NCBI GenBank assembly: GCA_031446105.1
Contig: CP132907.1
Coordinates: 67,921 to 131,920 of the forward strand
From: Arsenophonus sp.
GTDB lineage: Bacteria; Pseudomonadota; Gammaproteobacteria; Enterobacterales; Enterobacteriaceae
Reading direction: 5' to 3'
Length of the DNA: 64,000 nucleotides
The position numbers and the translations under genes were made by a program. The notes beneath the pieces are model-generated. The model had not been told where the DNA came from and ran no database searches. It was given only the letters and a program-made list of their open reading frames with translations. Shown here one piece after another: positions 22,848 through 35,529 of the stretch; position 1 is the first letter of the stretch; the number at the start of each line of letters is the position of its first letter.

Positions 22848-23717
22848 TTAATATTGATTAATCATTGTATCACGAAATGTATGTAATGGAGAACGATTAA
22901 TACCTTTTGTAATAAAAAATTGTATCCATTTAGGAGCACTATCTAGTATTTTATAGGCTGCTGTTTTAGTCTGAAAAGTACCAAAAACGCAAGAACCTGT
23001 CCCTGTAAGACGTGATGGTGTATGCTTTTGCATCCATAAAATTAATTTTTCAACTTTAATAAATTTTTTTCTGACAATTGTTTCACAATCGTTTACGTAT
23101 TTTTTTTGTAATATTTTCTTTAAAGATAATTTTGGTGAATTTCTTTTTAATTCAACTTCAGAAAATACTTCTTGAGTAGGAATTACTATTTTTGGATATG
23201 CTACTAAATACCATTTTTCTTTTAAATTTATTGGAAACAGCTTGTTTCCAATGCCTTCTGCAAAAGATGAATAACCATTTATAAAAAATGGAATATCTGC
23301 ACCAAGTTTATTAGCAAGATTAATCAGTATAATATCATTTATATTAGTTTTCCAATGAAAATTTAAAGCAATTAATGTTGTTGCCGCATTAGAAGACCCA
23401 CCACCTAAACCTCCACCAATAGGTAATTTTTTTTTAACATAAATATCTGCGCCTTGATATTCATTTAATAAGTTCATTTGTATACAATAATTTTGTAGTA
23501 AATGAGCAGCTTTAAGAATAAGATTATTTTTTTCTATTATATTAATAAATGGTGTCATTAATTGAATTTTATTATCTCTACGTGATTTAATTGTAATTTC
23601 ATCACCATAATTTAAAAAATGCAATAGTGTTTGAATATTGTGGTAACCGTCATTTCTTAAACCGTTAATATAGAGAAATAAGTTAATTTTTCCTGGTGAA
23701 GGCCAGCTTAAAATCAT
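22848..23717 (-). CDS. ispE: 4-diphosphocytidyl-2-C-methyl-D-erythritol kinase
   Basis: 289 aa. WPSPGKINLFLYI.G.R.DGYH..QTL has the E. coli pattern. The GHMP kinase motif KKLPIGGGLGGGSSNAAT is present. The lolB-ispE-prs order is conserved. Confidence 0.94.
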   Translation of the reverse strand: MILSWPSPGKINLFLYINGLRNDGYHNIQTLLHFLNYGDEITIKSRRDNKIQLMTPFINIIEKNNLILKAAHLLQNYCIQMNLLNEYQGADIYVKKKLPIGGGLGGGSSNAATTLIALNFHWKTNINDIILINLANKLGADIPFFINGYSSFAEGIGNKLFPINLKEKWYLVAYPKIVIPTQEVFSEVELKRNSPKLSLKKILQKKYVNDCETIVRKKFIKVEKLILWMQKHTPSRLTGTGSCVFGTFQTKTAAYKILDSAPKWIQFFITKGINRSPLHTFRDTMINQY

Positions 23718-23720
23718 TGA

Positions 23721-24371
23721 TTAAAAATCCCAATTGTTTATTTTTAATTTAATAAGTTTATCAGATTGTTTTAATTCAATATTACTTGGAAGTTTAAATT
23801 GATTTTTTTTTAAATAAGAAAGATAATTTATGTTCCATTTTTCTCCATTTTTTATATATTTTATTTTTTTTAGAAGTCCATTATTTTTTAATGTAAATGA
23901 TGTGGCATTAATTGGTAAACCAATTAACCAATAAGAGAAGTTTTCTATAGGAATTTTTATATTTATTAGTTGATAAATTAATTCTTCTGGTTTTTTATTT
24001 GTATATTTTTTATTATTCTTATCTGTTATTATAGTAAAATCTGGTGTTACATAAAGCATGAATTCTGTAATTCCTAAAGGATTATTAAAAAATAGTTGGT
24101 AATTTAAAAAATTATTTTGTTGCCAAAAAAAATTAGCATAAATTTTATTATAATTATCAATATAAGTAAAAGAACCTCTGGTATTAAATTTTTTTAATTG
24201 TATTATTTTTTTTTGATGGATAATCCATTCTGTATTTATTTTTTTATTGATTGATTTTATGTTTAATTTTTTTGTAAATGTACAAGCAGTTAGTAAAATA
24301 TTACATAAAAAAATAAATATAATATAAGTAAAGAAAGATAGACTTTTAAAGTTTTTTTTATTTAGTATCAT
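23721..24371 (-). CDS. lolB: outer membrane lipoprotein LolB
   Basis: 216 codons from the internal ATG (the ORF track starts 34 codons earlier at 24473). The signal peptide has lipobox LLTAC and AGGAA lies upstream of the ATG. Size is close to E. coli LolB (207 aa). The stop is 3 nt before the ispE start. Confidence 0.85.
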   Translation of the reverse strand: MILNKKNFKSLSFFTYIIFIFLCNILLTACTFTKKLNIKSINKKINTEWIIHQKKIIQLKKFNTRGSFTYIDNYNKIYANFFWQQNNFLNYQLFFNNPLGITEFMLYVTPDFTIITDKNNKKYTNKKPEELIYQLINIKIPIENFSYWLIGLPINATSFTLKNNGLLKKIKYIKNGEKWNINYLSYLKKNQFKLPSNIELKQSDKLIKLKINNWDF

Positions 24372-24712
24372 AAAAATATTTCCTAGATTTTTTATAAATA
24401 TTAATATTAGTCCATAGTTATAAAAAATTTTCTTGATAAAGGTAATCAAAATTTGTTTTGATATCGAATGCATTTAGTATATTTAATAATTTATACATTT
24501 TATTATATAATTATATTAATTAACTAAAATATCTTTTAAAAATTTATTTATGTAAGTTCATTGTTTTTTATAAAATAACATATTTAAAATTATTTAATTG
24601 AGTAAATATAACTTTTTTACATTTGATAAAAATCATAAAATTAAGATAATAACTTTACTAGGATTTTTAATTTATAATACTGAAGATGTACTAAATAAAT
24701 TTATTGCAAAAA

Positions 24713-25860
24713 TTATTTTTTCATATTGGGGGCTTTTATATCTAATGCATTAAAATATTTTTATTTTTTTAATTAAAATGATATTTTATATGATAAATTA
24801 AAATAATATTAATTAATAAATTAATTTTTTTATTTATTATTTTTTAAATATAAATATTCTTTAAATATAAATTTTTTAATATAAATAATATAAAAACCAG
24901 TATATTTTTTACTAAAAAATAGTATTTAATTTTTGATGTTTTTTCAATAAACTAAATTTATTAGCATTTTATTAATTATAAATTTTTGGTCAAGAAAAAA
25001 ATAAATCTCAGAATTATAAAAAATATCTAGTAAACTTGAGAATTTATTTTAATATTTTTTGCAGATAAAATTTATTTTTACTGAAATAGAAACTGGGATC
25101 AATTTTTGTTTTATTTTTTTTATTTAGATATCAGTAAGTCAATTTTTTAAATTTTTATCTAAATTGAACATTTTTTTATGTGTAAAAAAAATATTGAAAT
25201 TATTGCATGTAATTTTTATAAAATATTATTTTTAATATTTAATTACAGTTAGAAACCTAAATATTTTTTAGTATTTATAGAAATAATTAATCGTAAATTT
25301 ATTTACTTATAGTGAGTTAAATATTCTTTTATGATAAAGCTGATATTGTTATTATTTCTACTAAAACTTTTATGTCAATAATAAATAAAGCGATAATTAA
25401 ACGTGCAATAAAAGTTAGAAATAATAAATTTATTTTATTAATTTATATGCTGTTTTTCAAAGAAATTGAAGAAAATGTTAAAAAATAAATAATATTTATT
25501 TTTTATATAATTGATTATTTAGAATTTATTATTCAAGAAAGTAAAAAAAATAGAAAAGTAATTGTTATTTAGGGAAAAAAGATTATTAAATAAAAAACAG
25601 TATTATTTTTATAAAGTGATTGTGTTATTAGGCATTAATTAACATAATTTACAATTATGGTAAATAATCAGAAAAAATAAGAATTTTAATGGCAGAAAAG
25701 TACTAATTTCGTTAAAAACTCTTATAAATATTAGATTAATAATTAATAAATGAACTTACTTAGTTAATAATTTTTTTAATTTATGTACTACTAAATCGCT
25801 TAAAAAGCAATTTTATATAATAATATTAATTATTTTAATATTTTAAAAGATAGTTTAGGA
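24713..25860 (+). pseudogene. hemA: eroded relic of glutamyl-tRNA reductase gene hemA (boundaries approximate)
   Basis: There is no ORF of 60 aa or more here, but three translated blocks in three different frames match E. coli HemA in order. Block 1, 24980-25000: KFLGQEKK vs QILGQVKK. Block 2, 25032-25125: KLENLF*YFLQIKFIFTEIETGINFCFIFFI vs [34 protein letters not shown]. Block 3, 25321-25487: IFFYDKADIVIISTKTFMSIINKAIIKRAIKVRNNKFILLIYMLFFKEIEENV vs ...[49 protein letters not shown]. It sits at the syntenic slot between lolB and prfA. Confidence 0.72.
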
Positions 25861-25890
25861 TTAAAAGATTCTTAAGGTTTTTAAAAAATA

Positions 25891-26967
25891 ATGAAGGTTT
25901 CTATAATCAAAAAGTTACAATTATTAGAAAGACGTTATGAAGAAATTCAAATAAATTTAGGTAAAAAAGAAGTAATTGTTAATCAAGAATATTTTAAATT
26001 ATTATATAAAGAATATTCTCAGCTAAATGATTTAATTAAATGTTTTAGATCATGGCGTGTTCTTCAGGAAGAAATAGTTACTACTCAGATATTATTAAAT
26101 GATCCTGAATTACATGAAATAGCTAATGAAGAACTCATACATTTTAAAAAACTTAATGAAAAACTTGAAAAACAATTACATATTTTTCTTATACCTAAGA
26201 ATCCAGATGATAAAAAAAATTGTTTTTTAGAAATTCGAGCAGGTACTGGTGGTGATGAAGCGGCAATATTTGCTGGTGATCTTTTTAGAATGTACAATAG
26301 ATATTCTGAATCACGTGGTTGGGGTTTTGAGGTAATGCATTTGACCGAAGGAGAACATGGTGGATATAAAGAAATTATTATTAAAATTTCTGGTGATTCT
26401 GTATATGGTCGGTTAAAATTTGAATCAGGTGGACATCGTGTTCAACGTGTGCCAACTACAGAATCTCAAGGTCGTATTCATACTTCGTCTTGTATGGTTG
26501 CTATATTAGCTGAAATTCCAGAAAAAGAATTATCTGCAATTAATACAAGTGATTTAAGAATTGATACCTTTCGTTCATCAGGTGCTGGTGGACAACACGT
26601 GAATACTACTGAATCTGCTATTCGTATTACTCATGTTCCTACTGGTATTGTAGTTGAGTGTCAAGACGAACGCTCACAACATAAAAATAAAGCTAAAGCT
26701 TTGTCAGTTTTAGGTTCTCGTATTAGAGAGAAAGAGATACAAAAACGACGTGAAGCAGAAACATCAGAACGTCACAATTTACTTGGCTCTGGAGATCGTT
26801 CAGATAGAATAAGAACATATAATTTTCCACAAGGTCGTATTAGTGATCATCGAATTAATTTAACACTTTATCGTTTAGATGAAGTAATAAATGGAAAATT
26901 AGATTTATTAATTCAACCTATTGTTGATAAATATCAAACAGATCAATTATCTTTTTTTCAGAAGTGA
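25891..26967 (+). CDS. prfA: peptide chain release factor 1
   Basis: 358 aa with a PxT-type decoding region and the GGQ motif ([42 protein letters not shown]). The stop codon is TGA. Confidence 0.98.
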   Translation: MKVSIIKKLQLLERRYEEIQINLGKKEVIVNQEYFKLLYKEYSQLNDLIKCFRSWRVLQEEIVTTQILLNDPELHEIANEELIHFKKLNEKLEKQLHIFLIPKNPDDKKNCFLEIRAGTGGDEAAIFAGDLFRMYNRYSESRGWGFEVMHLTEGEHGGYKEIIIKISGDSVYGRLKFESGGHRVQRVPTTESQGRIHTSSCMVAILAEIPEKELSAINTSDLRIDTFRSSGAGGQHVNTTESAIRITHVPTGIVVECQDERSQHKNKAKALSVLGSRIREKEIQKRREAETSERHNLLGSGDRSDRIRTYNFPQGRISDHRINLTLYRLDEVINGKLDLLIQPIVDKYQTDQLSFFQK

Positions 26968-26972
26968 AGTAA

Positions 26973-27824
26973 ATGAATTATCAAGATTGGTTATTTTATG
27001 CATCTAAAAAGCTTGTTGATAGTGATAATGCTCAATTAGATGTTGAAGTTTTATTAAAATATATAACAAAAAAGAGAAATACTGATTTTCTAGCATTTGG
27101 AGAAATACAATTAACCATTTATCAAGAAGAAGAATTAGAGAATTTATTAACGCGTAGGATTATAGGGGAACCAATAGCTTATATAATAGAAGAAAAAGAA
27201 TTTTGGTCTTTACCAATAAAAGTCTCTCCTGTTACTTTGATACCACGTTGTGATACAGAATGTTTAGTTGAAAAAGCTTTGTTATTATTAGGAAAGAAAA
27301 AATCAGCAAAGATATTAGATTTAGGAACTGGTAGTGGTTCTATAGCTTTAGCTTTAGCATCAGAATGTCCAGAATCACAGATAGTAGGAGTTGATATTAG
27401 TGATTTAATAATTAATCTTGCAAAACTGAATGCGTATAATCTAGCGATTAGAAATGTAAAATTTTTAAAAAGTAATTGGTTTTCTTCACTGCCTATTCAA
27501 AAATTTGATATGATTGTCAGTAATCCACCTTATATTGATGTAGATGATCCATGTTTAAAGCAAGGTGATCTTCGTTTTGAACCAAAAATAGCATTGATTT
27601 CTGGTAATCATGGATTAGCTGATATGCAGTATATAATTGAAAAATCTAATAATTATTTAGTTAATACGGGGTGGCTTTTACTGGAACATGGGTGGTTGCA
27701 AGGAAGAACAGTAAGAGAGTTGTTTTATTTTTTTAATTATAAAAAAGTAATAACTTTCAAGGATTATAGTGGTAATGAACGTGTTACAGTAGGTCAATGG
27801 AAAAATGATGAAAAGCATAGCTGA
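26973..27824 (+). CDS. prmC: release factor glutamine methyltransferase PrmC
   Basis: 283 aa. The SAM motif ILDLGTGSGSIALALA and the catalytic NPPY (SNPPYI) are present. It lies directly after prfA. Confidence 0.93.
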   Translation: MNYQDWLFYASKKLVDSDNAQLDVEVLLKYITKKRNTDFLAFGEIQLTIYQEEELENLLTRRIIGEPIAYIIEEKEFWSLPIKVSPVTLIPRCDTECLVEKALLLLGKKKSAKILDLGTGSGSIALALASECPESQIVGVDISDLIINLAKLNAYNLAIRNVKFLKSNWFSSLPIQKFDMIVSNPPYIDVDDPCLKQGDLRFEPKIALISGNHGLADMQYIIEKSNNYLVNTGWLLLEHGWLQGRTVRELFYFFNYKKVITFKDYSGNERVTVGQWKNDEKHS

Positions 27825-28617
27825 TTATGAATTTAATAAAGCACCACTGATCGAAGGTATTATTTTTGTTTCTAAAATTATTCGTCAAGATTTTCCTGTT
27901 GAAGCTGTTAATAGTCAACTAGATTTTTTTGTAGAAGAAGCAAAAAAAGCAATATTAAATGATGATGATATAGAAAAACAAATATCTATTTTGATAAAAT
28001 TATTTTATCGAGATTGGTTATTTAGTGGTGTAGCTGGGATTTATTCACTTTCAGAAGCACTTTGGTTAGATAAAGTTTTAGTCAAAAGGCAAGGAGCATC
28101 TGTTTCATTAGGTACAATTTTTTTGCATGTTGCAGATCAATTAGAATTACCGGTTATACCTATTGTTTTTTTGACTCAGCTTATTTTATGTATTCGTCTT
28201 GATAATGGTACTGAATGGTATATTAATCCAACAAATGGTGAAACTCTTACCGAACAGATGCTTGATTTATGGATTAAGGGTACCATTAGTCCTTTTTCAC
28301 ATCTCACTCGTAAAGACATAGAGGCAACTGAAAATAAAATTATTATACGTAAAATTTTTGATACTATAAAAGCTGCTTTGATGGAAGAAAAAAAAATGGA
28401 ACAGGCGTTAAAAGTTTGTGAAACATTATTAATTTTTGATCCCAAAGATCCTTATGAAATACGTGATCGAGGTTTAATTTTTGCTCATCTTGATTGCAAT
28501 CATGTAGCGATTTCTGATTTGAGTTATTTTGTTGAACAATGTCCAGAAGATCCTGTCTCTGAAATAATAAAAATGCAAATTTATTCGATAGAAGGACAGC
28601 AAGTTATATTACATTAA
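27805..28617 (+). CDS. sirB1: SirB1/YchA family protein (transglutaminase-like plus TPR-like)
   Basis: 270 aa, colinear with E. coli YchA (ADYEFNKAPL, LSEALWLD.VL..RQG..VSLG, DPYEIRDRGLI.A.LDC.HVA..DLSYFVEQCPEDP.SE). It overlaps the prmC end by 20 nt. ychQ (sirB2) is absent. Confidence 0.85.
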   Translation: MMKSIADYEFNKAPLIEGIIFVSKIIRQDFPVEAVNSQLDFFVEEAKKAILNDDDIEKQISILIKLFYRDWLFSGVAGIYSLSEALWLDKVLVKRQGASVSLGTIFLHVADQLELPVIPIVFLTQLILCIRLDNGTEWYINPTNGETLTEQMLDLWIKGTISPFSHLTRKDIEATENKIIIRKIFDTIKAALMEEKKMEQALKVCETLLIFDPKDPYEIRDRGLIFAHLDCNHVAISDLSYFVEQCPEDPVSEIIKMQIYSIEGQQVILH

Positions 28618-28657
28618 TAAATATATTTTTTATATGATTTATAATGAAGATATATAA

Positions 28658-29542
<885 letters not shown>

Positions 29543-30220
29543 AATAAATATTATTTTAAAAGATTATTATAAAATTTTATTGAAATTTTTTATGAAATAA
29601 CATTACTTTAATAATATTTTATTTAAATTTTTAGGCATATTATTTTTAATATTTTTTGCATTAATTTTATATAATAAGAGTAATAAAATTATAAAAAATA
29701 ACAATTTTTTTATGCATCAAAAAAATTATTTTTGATTTTTTTAATTAAAATTTTATAAATTATTTTTTTTATGTTATATTTTAATTTTTATTAAGTTTTT
29801 ATAATAAAAATTATTTAATTTTTTATATTATTTTAATCAAATATTTATTAATGCAGAATTATATTATCATGTGATTTTTGTGATATTTTTTTATTAAAAA
29901 AAAGTTATTTTATTTATATAAATTGGATATTATAAGATTTGTATTTTTTTTTAATAAATCTAAATTATTAAAAAATAAATAGAAATTTATTTTTTTAATA
30001 TTATTTTTTAAAGAAATATATAAAAATTAAATAATATAATTAATAAAACATATAAAATTATTTTTTTATATACAAATACGTGCTAATTTATAAGATAAAA
30101 ATTATTTTTTCTTTGCTAATGTTTTCTGTTGATTTTTTAAAGTTTTATTATTTTTTAAAAAAATTATATTTTTTATATATTATTATTTTATAAAATATTA
30201 ATTAAATATTTTATTTTTAT

Positions 30221-30310
30221 TGGCGGTGAGAAAGGGATTCGAACCCTTGATACAATTTAATGTATACATACTTTCCAGGCATGTTCTTTAAGCCACTCAG
30301 ACACCTCACC
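30221..30310 (-). tRNA. serX: tRNA-Ser (anticodon GGA)
   Basis: The reverse complement GGTGAGGTGTCTGAGTGGCTTAAAGAACATGCCTGGAAAG...GGGTTCGAATCCCTTTCTCACCGCCA is a type II tRNA with a long variable arm. CCA is encoded. It is close to E. coli serW/serX. Confidence 0.9.
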
Positions 30311-30830
30311 ATATAAAAAAAATTATACATTTTTTTTTATAATATTTTATATAAAAAATTGCATTGAGATTTGAAAATATAAAGATTATAAAAAATACTT
30401 TTTTAAAAAAATATATTATTTTTATAGAGTGTAATTTTATATATAATTTATAATAAATGAATTAATATTTTAATTATTTTTTTAATATATAATTTAATTT
30501 TAGAAATTTTTTTAATCTTGTAGATATTTTAATATATATTATTTCTTAAGTAAAAGGATATTATCAATTTAATAATAATTTATTTTTACATTTTAATTTA
30601 AATTTATATTTTTTTAATATATTTTATTAAAAATAAAAATATATTTTTCTTTTTATTATATTTATTTATATCATAGTAAAAAAAATAATGCTAAATTTAG
30701 TGTGTATAAATTGAAATAATTGATTTGTTTTTTATTAAAAAAATTAATAATTATTTTTATTTTAGTACCTTTTGAAAGTGATTAGTGCACTTTGTGAATT
30801 TTATTACAGTAATTTTTTAAAAAATATTAT

Positions 30831-32351
30831 ATGAATTTATTGAAAACATTAGCAGCAATAAGTTCTATGACTATGTTTTCTAGAATGTTGGGATTTATTC
30901 GTGATGCTATTATTGCACGTTTTTTTGGTGTTGGTGTAGAAACAGACGCTTTTGTAATTTCTTTTAGATTACCAAATCTTTTGCGCCGTATTTTTGCAGA
31001 AGGAGCATTTTCTCAAGCTTTTGTTCCTATATTAGCTGAATACAAAAATAAAAAATCTGATAATGAAACTCGTACTTTTATTTCTAATATTGCTGGTTTT
31101 TTAATATTGGTTTTAGCAGTTATTACATTAATTGGGATGTTTAGCGCACCTTGGATTATTTACATAGTTACACCTGGTTTTAGTGAAATCAGTAATAAAT
31201 TTGATTTAATATTTTCTTTATTAAAAATAACTTTTCCTTATATATTTTTTATTTCTTTAGTATCTTTAACTGGTGTAGTTTTAAATACTTGGAGCTGTTT
31301 TACTGTTCCTGCTTTTACACCTGTTTTTCTTAATATTAGTATGATTATTGCAGTGTTATTTTTGGCACCATACTGTACACCTCCTATTTTAGCGTTAGGA
31401 TGGGGAATTTTAATAGGAGGTATATTACAGTTATTTTATCAATTACCTTTTTTGCAAAAAATAGGTATGTTGGTACTACCTCGTATTTCTTTTACAAATA
31501 AAGATATGTGGCGTATGATTAAGTTAATGGGGCCATTGGTTATCTCTGCTTCAATAAGTCAAATTTCTTTAATTATGAACACTATGTTCGCTTCTTTTTT
31601 GCGTGAAGGATCTGTTTCATGGATGTATTATGCTGATAGATTGATGGAACTTCCTAATGGTGTATTAGGTGTTGGATTAGGCACTATTTTATTACCTTCT
31701 TTAGCAAAAAGTGTTTCAATTGGTGATAATAAAGAATATCAACGTTTAATAAACTTAGGATTAAAGTTATGTTTTTTATTAGCATTACCTTGTTCTATAG
31801 TGCTTGCTATATTGGCTCATCCGTTAACGGTTTCACTTTTTCAGTATGGTAATTTTACTTCTTATGATTCAAGAATGACACAATACGCATTAATTGCTTA
31901 TTGTAGTGGATTAATGGGAGTGATTGTAGTTAAGGTTTTGGCCCCTGGATTTTATTCTAAAAAAGATATAAAAACTCCTTTAAAAATTGCAATCATCACT
32001 TTAATTTTAACGCAATTTATGAATTTTATTTTTGTTGATTTTTTAAAACATGTTGGATTAGCATTATCACTTGCTTTATCTTCTTGTTTTCATGCGTTGA
32101 TGCTTTATTCAGAGTTGCGGAGAAAAAAACTATTTTCTCCCTTATCTGGTTGGAGAAAATTTTTTTTTAAATTAATTATAGCTTTGATTGTTATGACATT
32201 TGTTTTATTACTTATGTTAAATTTTATGCCAATTTGGGAACAAGGTAATATGGTGCTTCGTATTATTCGTTTATTATCGGTAATTTTTATTACTGCTATA
32301 AGTTATTTTTTTACTTTGTTTGTTTTAGGTTTTCGGTTGCGAGATTTTTAG
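30831..32351 (+). CDS. murJ: lipid II flippase MurJ (MviN)
   Basis: 506 aa polytopic membrane protein. The N-terminus [33 protein letters not shown].....[31 protein letters not shown] is typical of MurJ. Confidence 0.95.
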   Translation: MNLLKTLAAISSMTMFSRMLGFIRDAIIARFFGVGVETDAFVISFRLPNLLRRIFAEGAFSQAFVPILAEYKNKKSDNETRTFISNIAGFLILVLAVITLIGMFSAPWIIYIVTPGFSEISNKFDLIFSLLKITFPYIFFISLVSLTGVVLNTWSCFTVPAFTPVFLNISMIIAVLFLAPYCTPPILALGWGILIGGILQLFYQLPFLQKIGMLVLPRISFTNKDMWRMIKLMGPLVISASISQISLIMNTMFASFLREGSVSWMYYADRLMELPNGVLGVGLGTILLPSLAKSVSIGDNKEYQRLINLGLKLCFLLALPCSIVLAILAHPLTVSLFQYGNFTSYDSRMTQYALIAYCSGLMGVIVVKVLAPGFYSKKDIKTPLKIAIITLILTQFMNFIFVDFLKHVGLALSLALSSCFHALMLYSELRRKKLFSPLSGWRKFFFKLIIALIVMTFVLLLMLNFMPIWEQGNMVLRIIRLLSVIFITAISYFFTLFVLGFRLRDF

Positions 32352-32491
32352 TAAATAATACTTTAGTAAAAATTTAAGAAATTTTTTATTTCTGTAAAAT
32401 ATTGTAGGATATTGATTGCAAAAGATTTTTTTATACTTATATGGTTTAAAATATAAATTAATAAAACAAAAATTAATAAAAATATTTTTTG

Positions 32492-32566
32492 TGCGTCTGA
32501 GTGGATTTGAACCACTGACATCCATCATGTCAAGATGGTACTCTAACCAATCTGAGTTACAGACGC
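32492..32566 (-). tRNA. valV: tRNA-Val (anticodon GAC)
   Basis: The reverse complement GCGTCTGTAACTCAGATTGGTTAGAGTACCATCTTGACATGATGGATGTCAGTGGTTCAAATCCACTCAGACGCA has a perfect acceptor GCGTCTG/CAGACGC and anticodon loop TTGACAT. No CCA is encoded. Confidence 0.9.
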
Positions 32567-32876
32567 AGTAAAATAATATTTTTAATAATTAAAATAATAC
32601 ATTAGTATAATAAATTTTAAATTTGATTTTATCAAATTTATTTTTATTCTCCTTATTATTTAAATAATTTATTAATTAAAAAAAATAAAACAGTATTTTA
32701 AATTAGATATAATTTAGTTAATTTATTTATATGTAAAATTGTTTATTATTTTTTTATCAGATTATTTCTTACTTATAAATATTATAAAATATTTTATTAT
32801 ATTGTTTTTTAAAATATGATTTTTAAATTTTTAAGAATTATAATTAATCTTTTATTAAATTTAGGAATAAAAATTT

Positions 32877-33500
32877 ATGTTTACTGGTATAGTTAAAGGA
32901 AAAGGAACATTAGTTTCTATAAAAAAAAAGATTAATTTTAAAATTTATACTATAAAATTCCCAAAAGAATTACTTATTGGTTTAGAAATAGGTTCTTCTG
33001 TTGCTAATAACGGGTGTTGTTTATCTGTTACTCAAATTTTTAAAGATAAAGTTACTTTTGATTTGATGCAAGAAACTTTAAATATAACGAATTTAGGAAA
33101 ATTAAGAATAGGTGATAAAATTAATTTAGAAAGATCAGCAAAATATGGAGATGAAATCGGTGGACATATTATGTCTGGACATATAATTTGCACAATAAAT
33201 ATTAATAAGATTTTAAAATCACATAAGAATGTAACAATGTGGTTTTATGTCCAACATCCATTTTTGATGAAATATATTTTTTATAAAGGTTTTATTGGAA
33301 TTGATGGTATGAGTTTAACGATAGGAGATATAAAAAATCATTGTTTTTGTGTACATCTAATTCCAGAAACAATTGCTCGTACTAATATTGCAGATAAAAA
33401 TTTAGGTGATACAGTTAATATTGAGATTGATGCACATATTCAAGGAATTGTTGATACTGTTGAGAGAATGATGTTAAAGATATATCCTAAAAGTAAATAA
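32877..33500 (+). CDS. ribC: riboflavin synthase (alpha chain)
   Basis: 207 aa. MFTGIVKGKG.LVSI, NGCCL.VT, FDLM.ETL..TNLG, GGH.MSGHI, KGFIG.DG.SLT.G and HLIPET match E. coli riboflavin synthase (RibC, called RibE in some annotations). Confidence 0.94.
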   Translation: MFTGIVKGKGTLVSIKKKINFKIYTIKFPKELLIGLEIGSSVANNGCCLSVTQIFKDKVTFDLMQETLNITNLGKLRIGDKINLERSAKYGDEIGGHIMSGHIICTININKILKSHKNVTMWFYVQHPFLMKYIFYKGFIGIDGMSLTIGDIKNHCFCVHLIPETIARTNIADKNLGDTVNIEIDAHIQGIVDTVERMMLKIYPKSK

Positions 33501-33801
33501 TTATTTAAATTATATTATTAATAATTATAAAAAATAACAAAAAATTAAAATTAATCATTATTTTTTTAGAAATATATTGATAATAATTTTTTATGTTTGT
33601 TTTATTTAATTAATTGTGATATAATTTTTTTTTATTTTAAATGAATATGAAAAAAAATTTTATTAAAAGTTTAATTTGATAAGAAATTTTTAGGGATTAA
33701 TTATATATTCTTTAGAATATAAAAATAATATTTAGTAATATAAAAAGATATTTAAAACTTGTAATAAAAAATATTATTAGCAATTTTTTAAATAAAATTT
33801 A

Positions 33802-35529
33802 TTACATTCTTTCTATTGTTTCAATACCTAATGTATCTAAACCGATTTTTAAAGTTTTTTGTGTTAATAAAACAAGTTTTAATCGACTTTCTTTCAAAAT
33901 ATCGTTTTTTTCGTTTAAAATAGGACAATATTCATAAAAATTAGAGAATATACAAGCCAAGTTATATAAATAAGTACACATAATATGTGGCATTCCTGAA
34001 TGAGCAACAGATAAAATTGTTTCTTCAAATTGTAATAAACGAATAGCTAGAATTTCTTCATATTTATCATTTAATGTTACTGGTTTTATTAGATTAATCA
34101 AATTGACATTTATATGTTTTAAAATAGAACATATTCTTGTATATGCATATTGCAAGTAAGGTGCCGTATTACCTTCAAAAGTTAATATATTATCCCAATC
34201 AAATACATAATTTGTAGTACGATTTTTTGATAGATCAGAATATTTAATTGCACCAATAGCAACGGCATTAATAACCACAGATAATTCGTTTTCTGGGATT
34301 TTTGGTGTTTTTTTTCGAATAAAGTTTCCTGCTCTTTTAATTGCTTCATCTAGTAAATTTTTTAATTTAATTGTTTTTCCAGATCGGGTTTTAAAGGGTT
34401 TTCCATCTTTAGATAAAATCATACCAAACATATGATGTTCTACTTTTATTGATTCAGGAACATATCCTGCTTTATAGATAATTTGCCATACTTGCATTAA
34501 ATGTTGATGTTGTCGAGAATCTGTATAATATAATATTCTATCAGCATGTAATACTTCGTATCTATATTTCCCACAAGCTATATCTGTTGTAGTATATAAG
34601 TAACCACCATCTTTTTTTTGAATAATAACTCCCATAGAATGACCATTTTTGTTTTTAAATTTATCAAGATAGACAACAATAGCTCCATTACTTTCAACAG
34701 CTAACCCCTTGGCTTTTAGATCAGTAACAATTTCCGGTAACATATTATTATAAAAACTTTCTCCTATGGTATCTTTTTCAGATAATGTAACATTTAATCG
34801 ATTATATATTTTTTGATTATGTTTCATACTAAGATCAACTAAATGATTCCATATTTTGCGACAATTTTTATTGCCAGATTGTAGTTTGATAACATAATTA
34901 CGTGCAAGTGAAGAAAATTCTTTATTTTTATCGTAATATTGTTTAGCCTTTTGATAAAAAAATTCTATTTCAGATAATGATATATTTTTTTTTTCTTTTT
35001 TTGTGGTTTTAAGATATGCAATTAACATACCAAATTGTGTTCCCCAATCACCTATATGATTAGCACGTATAACTTTATGACCTAAAAATTCTAATGTACG
35101 AGCAATAGCATCTCCCAGTATAGTAGAACGTAAATGTCCAATATGCATTTCTTTTGCTATATTTGGGGAAGAATAGTCAATAATTATTGTTTGTGGATTA
35201 ATGGAAGTAATGCCTAATTTAGAATCTTGTAGAGTTAGTGAAATATTTTTTTCTATCCATGATTTATTAAGAGAAATATTGATAAAACCAGGTTCAGCGA
35301 TTTCTATTTTACTGGCAATTTCATCTATTTTTAATAGATTTAAGATTTTTTCAGCTAATTGACGAGGAGGAATACCCATTTTTTTTGCTGCAATCATAAT
35401 TCCATTAGATTGATAATCACCAAATTTTCTTTTTTTTGAAGTACGTATATTAGCATCACTATTTTTAGGGGCACCTGCAGTGATTAATGCATTAGTAATT
35501 TTTTCTGAAAGTAAAGCATAAATGTTCAC
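33802..35529 (-). CDS. argS: arginine--tRNA ligase
   Basis: 575 aa. Class I motifs are present: HIGH-type [16 protein letters not shown] and KMSK-type ([15 protein letters not shown]). [11 protein letters not shown] and DIACGKYRY also match. The C-terminus ends in M as in E. coli ArgS. Confidence 0.97.
   Translation of the reverse strand: MNIYALLSEKITNALITAGAPKNSDANIRTSKKRKFGDYQSNGIMIAAKKMGIPPRQLAEKILNLLKIDEIASKIEIAEPGFINISLNKSWIEKNISLTLQDSKLGITSINPQTIIIDYSSPNIAKEMHIGHLRSTILGDAIARTLEFLGHKVIRANHIGDWGTQFGMLIAYLKTTKKEKKNISLSEIEFFYQKAKQYYDKNKEFSSLARNYVIKLQSGNKNCRKIWNHLVDLSMKHNQKIYNRLNVTLSEKDTIGESFYNNMLPEIVTDLKAKGLAVESNGAIVVYLDKFKNKNGHSMGVIIQKKDGGYLYTTTDIACGKYRYEVLHADRILYYTDSRQHQHLMQVWQIIYKAGYVPESIKVEHHMFGMILSKDGKPFKTRSGKTIKLKNLLDEAIKRAGNFIRKKTPKIPENELSVVINAVAIGAIKYSDLSKNRTTNYVFDWDNILTFEGNTAPYLQYAYTRICSILKHINVNLINLIKPVTLNDKYEEILAIRLLQFEETILSVAHSGMPHIMCTYLYNLACIFSNFYEYCPILNEKNDILKESRLKLVLLTQKTLKIGLDTLGIETIERM

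Noticed and set aside
26965-26967. I considered possible UGA recoding, as in some tiny symbiont genomes.
   Set aside because: prfA, prmC and cmoA terminate at TGA exactly where their homologs end. All conserved genes are open under the standard code with no in-frame TGA at Trp positions. The standard code 11 therefore fits.
32325-32528. A 67-aa minus-strand ORF overlaps the murJ end and tRNA-Val.
   Set aside because: Its first codons are the tRNA-Val gene itself read as protein. The remainder is AT filler.
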